Position numbers and translations under genes: made by a program. Shown here one piece after another: positions 59,778 to 64,000 of a stretch of DNA of 64,000 nt. The stretch comes from Guillardia theta CCMP2712 (lineage: Eukaryota; Protista; Cryptophyta): NCBI RefSeq assembly GCF_000315625.1, contig NW_005434671.1, forward strand, positions 1,103,170 through 1,167,169. Reading direction: 5' to 3'. Under the pieces are notes generated by a model. That model was not told where the DNA came from and did no database searches. It saw only the letters and a list, made by a program, of their open reading frames with translations. Numbering within the stretch: the first letter of the stretch is position 1; each line of letters opens with the position of its first letter.

Positions 59778-60287
59778 ATGGAAAGGATGGTAATGTCACT
59801 TGTGCACGATCTCGAGCTTTCTTTGAGGTGATGTCACATTCGCAATGGCAGTATCGAGCTCCTCTCGAGATAGACTGTCTTGGACGTCTCTTCGAAAAAC
59901 TGTCGAGCTGCATCGTACGTGAGGAATGTTTGTGATGTGCTATCAAGACATGATATCAGGGGTATACCTCGTCCCCAAAACATCCGCAAATGTATCGCTC
60001 AAAATGATCTTTATGTCGAGATCGCGCCAGGAAGATGGTAGTTGAGAGGTCCACGGGCTTTTCACATCACTCCTAAGATTGAAGAAGATGAATTGCTTTG
60101 GCCTCCGAACTGCAAAGACTGGAGAAAGAGGAAAGAAAATTTCTGTCGCGCCTCCGATTATCTGTATGAACAGGAACATAACACATTCATGATAAAGTCA
60201 AACAAGATGCGGACAACAAATATGCACAACTCACTCTCAATCTCACAAGACATCGGTTGGATCGTGTATGGGGGACTTCGCGGCTGA
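59778..60287 (+). CDS. Possible small hypothetical multi-exon gene
   Basis: Open exon-like blocks ending 'LLWPPNCKDWRKRKE...SQDIGWIVYGGLRG*'; no family recognised. Confidence 0.3.
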
Positions 60288-62249
60288 GCCTGTGCTCCAT
60301 GGAACGCGGGCTGCTTTGCTCATCCCCTGTCCCTTCATCTTGTGTCTCTTCTTCCCTCTCCTCTAGAGGATTCAAGTCTCCGTCTCGAGGGCTCTGTGTA
60401 TCATCGTTCGAACTCTTTCTCTTGATCGGGATGCCCATCTCCTCCTCCTTCCCCTTCCCTCAGCCGCCTTCTCCTCCTCCCCGCTCGTTCGCCATTCCCT
60501 TCGAACCAGTAACGGCGAAGTTGACTAAACCGAGCAGAAAGTCTCGTACACATGAGGCTTCGGAGCCTCCTCTGCTCTCCTGATTGTCCTCGTACTGATT
60601 TTTAACTTACTTTGAGTAAACTTCGGAACTCGAGCCCTTTCAAGAGTCGGTACATGACTCAGTGATCGCACTCTACTAGCCTCCAACTGGGCCCGGCTGG
60701 TGCGCCGCCGTCCGGGTGTGTTAAAGCGTGAAGTTGACTTAACAGCGTTCCGGCGAAGCCGCCTCACTGAGGGGACTGGGCGGGGGGTAATGAGCCTGCC
60801 CAAGTCGAAGGGTCCTAGCCAAGCTATGGGCGACAGTATTTTAAATGTGGGGCTTCAGTTTACACCACAAAAATCGATTGATTCAAGTGACAAGCACTTC
60901 ATGCAGCACGAGTGCTTTTCCCTTCCGTTGTTCGTTCCCGGCTCCAATCGAAACGGCACAGCATAATCCTCGCCATCATCACCTGCAACAGACCCTCGGT
61001 ACATTCACAAAGGCTGATCATGACATACTTTTCTTCGAGGAAATCCCTTACACTCATTTTTGTACCTTCAAACTGTGAGGCTCCGTGAGCTCCTGTTTTG
61101 CAAAATCCACAAAAATCTCCCTTCTCACCTCAAACTCCCAAATGATCGCCTCCTTGTTCCCTTTCTCAGAGGAATAGCCAAGCTTTTCCAGGTACTGTTG
61201 CGGTTGTCAAAGACCAGTATGCCCACGATTTAAGATTTACTTGTTGATGCTTATCCTCTGCCTTCCAAAACTTTTTTGCAGGCAACAATTCCGTCACAAC
61301 GGTACCTGCCATTTGCATGATTGATATGCATTGTGAGAAATAATAAATACAGTTTTTCTGCTCTATAGGCACGTCTTGTTCCTGGTCAAAGATTTCAATT
61401 CCATTGTATGAGGAGGAGACCAACAATAAGGTTGCATGTCAAAATCATCGAAAGTCTAGGCTCACGTTGGATAGTTCAACGTCGAACAGAGGTTGCTCAT
61501 TCAGTTGCTCCTGCACGTACCGAAGTGCCTTTGCATTCTTAATCAGCCCATGGAGCATACCATCATGTAAGATACTGTTTCAGCTTGCTTTTTCTGGACA
61601 AGATCATGATAATAGATTCCGTTCCTGCAATCACAACCATCAATTGATATGCAAGGAAACCTGTGAAACAACCGGTATTGTGTTCCAAAGTCACTACCCT
61701 GCCTGTTCAGCTGAAAAACCATTGCTTTACAGGAACATCGACAGGCCGGGACAGAGCTGCCTACTTGCGTGACATCGACGTTCTCGAAGAATGTCTCCAA
61801 AAGTTGCAGGTAGCTGCAAGACCGTCACTCTTCCATGCCCTTCACCTCCGATCACCACCTAACTCGCTTGGGATCATACTTGACTCGAACTGCCTCTGCA
61901 TGTCCCTGAGTTTTCCACTCATCAAATTCTCTCTGTCTCGGATGTTGGTTTCACCGTCTTTTCAGAGCACACGTCTGCGTACTTAGGGTTTTCTGTTTTT
62001 CCTCCAGTGTATCCAGCCTGGACACACGAGTCATCAAGATCTTTGTGCGACCGACGTTTACCTGCGTCGATACAACGCCAACCACGCGCTGGAAAACTAA
62101 CTCGAGTGGCCTTGTGGAACGCAATAACTCCTCAAAACACCAGCTATTCGCTCACCAGAAAGAACCCCCCGCAAAAGTTGCAACTTTGCAATCATGCGAC
62201 TGAACACAGAACAGCATCAACACATTGTTGGAATGATGCTTGAAGTACC

Positions 62250-63000
62250 TTGATGATGTTTGTAACCTCGATCTCCATCATCAAATCCTTGGGTTGTTAT
62301 GTCATGCCATCAAAGTAGAACATTCATTATTCATCATTCACCTCTCCAGCCAGCGGAACATTGCCATCGATTTCTATCTTGTCCGAGTAAATGTTCGACA
62401 CCAATATACGTAGACCTTTCATCCCAAGTTGGTCTCCAACAGCCAGCTGACCGGTAAAAGATTTCGTCAGATTTTTCTCTCGCGACATCCGCCCAACAAA
62501 ATTACATCATCCGGGCACTCGGATTTCGAAACATTAACAATGAGATCCAGCCGGATTGGTCCAAACGCTTTTTCACACGGTATCTTTAAGCTCTTCAGTT
62601 CTCTTTCTTTCATTCCAATAACCTTCAGTAACGTCAGAGACCTGTATGCTGAAATTGCACCTTGACCGCTTCCTCAATTCCATCGATCACTCGACCGCTT
62701 CCAACCTCAAACTCAACAGGCTCTCTGTCTCTTGTGTTGTCAAACCCCTTGCCATCTACCAGGCGGCCGATGTAATGCACCGTGACGATATCCCCTAGCT
62801 CCACCTCCTTCTGCAGGGAACACTGTAAACCCAAAGTCCTCCGTCCCGTTGAGTCTGGCTGAAAGGAGGAACCGATTCTCCTCCTCCTTTGCATCAGCAC
62901 TGAGAATACGTTGCACTTGTTTCCTGTGCTCGTCGCTGTCCAGCCACAATCAATCCCTTGTGGTCCTATTTCAGCGAACTTACCTTTGAGAGGGAGTGAC
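62250..63000 (-). CDS. FKBP-type peptidyl-prolyl isomerase domain with insert-in-flap (SlyD/SlpA-like), part of a larger multi-exon gene
   Basis: '[47 protein letters not shown]', '[21 protein letters not shown]', '[11 protein letters not shown]', 'LMMEIEV'. Further exon-like blocks lie at about 60860-62100 and 63500-64000. Confidence 0.75.
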
Positions 63001-63387
63001 AGTGGTGAAACCGAAGATCGAGGAGGGAGGGAGAAGCAAATCTCACTTCTGGTCATCGTTATCATCATCATCAACAACAACATTGTCGTCATCATGATCA
63101 TAATCTTTCCCCTCCTCCTCGTCCTCCCCCTCCTGCTGCTCTCCATTTCACGTTCACCTAACATTGCGACCAGTCACCACCCCTACCCTTCTTTCCATAT
63201 TGTGTATGATCCCCTACCCACATTTTTGTCTGGTTGGTTGGATTACCCAGTCATTTGTAGCAATAATTGTGTATATCATAGGGGTACCAAGGACTACCCC
63301 CGGTCATGTACCCCATCTTCTTAGTGATCACCCCTTGAAAGGAATCAATGCCCGATCCAAAGCGTGTTACGACCTGCACGAAGCCTA

Positions 63388-63462
63388 CCTCCTCCTCCTC
63401 CTCCTCCTCCTCCTCCTCCTCCTCCTCCTCCTCCTCCTCCTCCTCCTCCTCCTCCTCCTCCT
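63388..63462. repeat. (CCT)n microsatellite
   Basis: Direct reading. Confidence 0.95.
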
Positions 63463-64000
63463 CTCCCACTCGTTTCCTTGACATCATCATCCTTGTCCCT
63501 GCTGTCCATCAGCATCCTCAGCCGTCGTACTTTTCCTCGTCTTCCTTATCTCAATTCTTCGTGAGCTCTGATCTGAACTTTGTCCTCGCCTCTTCCTCGC
63601 TTCTGTCCATTTCGCCTTCATCATAAGAACAGTTGACAAGCCTCATCGATTGTTTTCTCCTCCCCTACCTTGAGCTCTTCTCTCAACCCCAGCCATCTTC
63701 TATCAGCTATCGAACATGTTGATCTGTCCCCGATTTCTATCCTCACTGATTTTGGTTTCCAGGGACGATGAAGGAATTATGGGCGTTTGCTCTGATAACG
63801 CTGTCCTTGTGTCACTTTTCAGCTTCATGGCCAGTCAGTGAATGTTTTCTGAATCTCAAGTCGAGTCCACTTCTCCAGACCTCACATCCTACAAGAACTC
63901 AGGCGACTACTTCCTTGCAGTGTATGTTTTCCCATGCTCCTGGTAGTCAATGGCGCCCTTCGAGGCGTCAGGAAGCAAAACTTATGCCCCTTAAGCTGGC

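Noticed and set aside
1-64000. rRNA, tRNA, transposase/RT genes, CRISPR or prokaryotic operons; frameshifts or stop readthrough
   Set aside because: None recognised. Frame breaks I examined are explained by short GT-AG introns. tRNAscan and Rfam were not run.

Overview
Eukaryotic nuclear DNA with about 22 gene loci, most split by many ~50-100 nt spliceosomal introns that are often filled with microsatellites. Bipartite signal+transit presequences and an Atp1/CGL160 homolog indicate an alga with a complex plastid, most consistent with a cryptophyte such as Guillardia (inference). Recognisable genes: ANP32-like LRR protein, CGL160/Atp1, HSPA12-like Hsp70, rhomboid protease, fibrillarin, SLC43-like MFS transporter, cNMP-binding protein, prolidase, FkbM-like methyltransferase, acyl-CoA dehydrogenase, ankyrin protein, ABCG transporter, CPSF6-like RRM protein, RPN1, an alpha/beta hydrolase and an FKBP-domain protein. 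Manual splicing gives the main findings. (1) A catalytically intact rhomboid is fused to an SH3-like fold and a SAM domain. (2) A ~6.7 kb receptor-like gene (Cys-rich repeat, TM, C2, EF-hand, Zn finger, unnamed C-terminal domain) has a shorter paralog 10.3 kb away, and the two share a 604-bp near-identical tract suggesting gene conversion. (3) A candidate box C/D snoRNA lies in the oversized first intron of fibrillarin. (4) An intronless 3-kb coiled-coil GTPase gene has an atypical G4. (5) TGACTCA and TACCCC motifs recur in intergenic DNA. All gene models were spliced by eye, so ends are approximate where stated.
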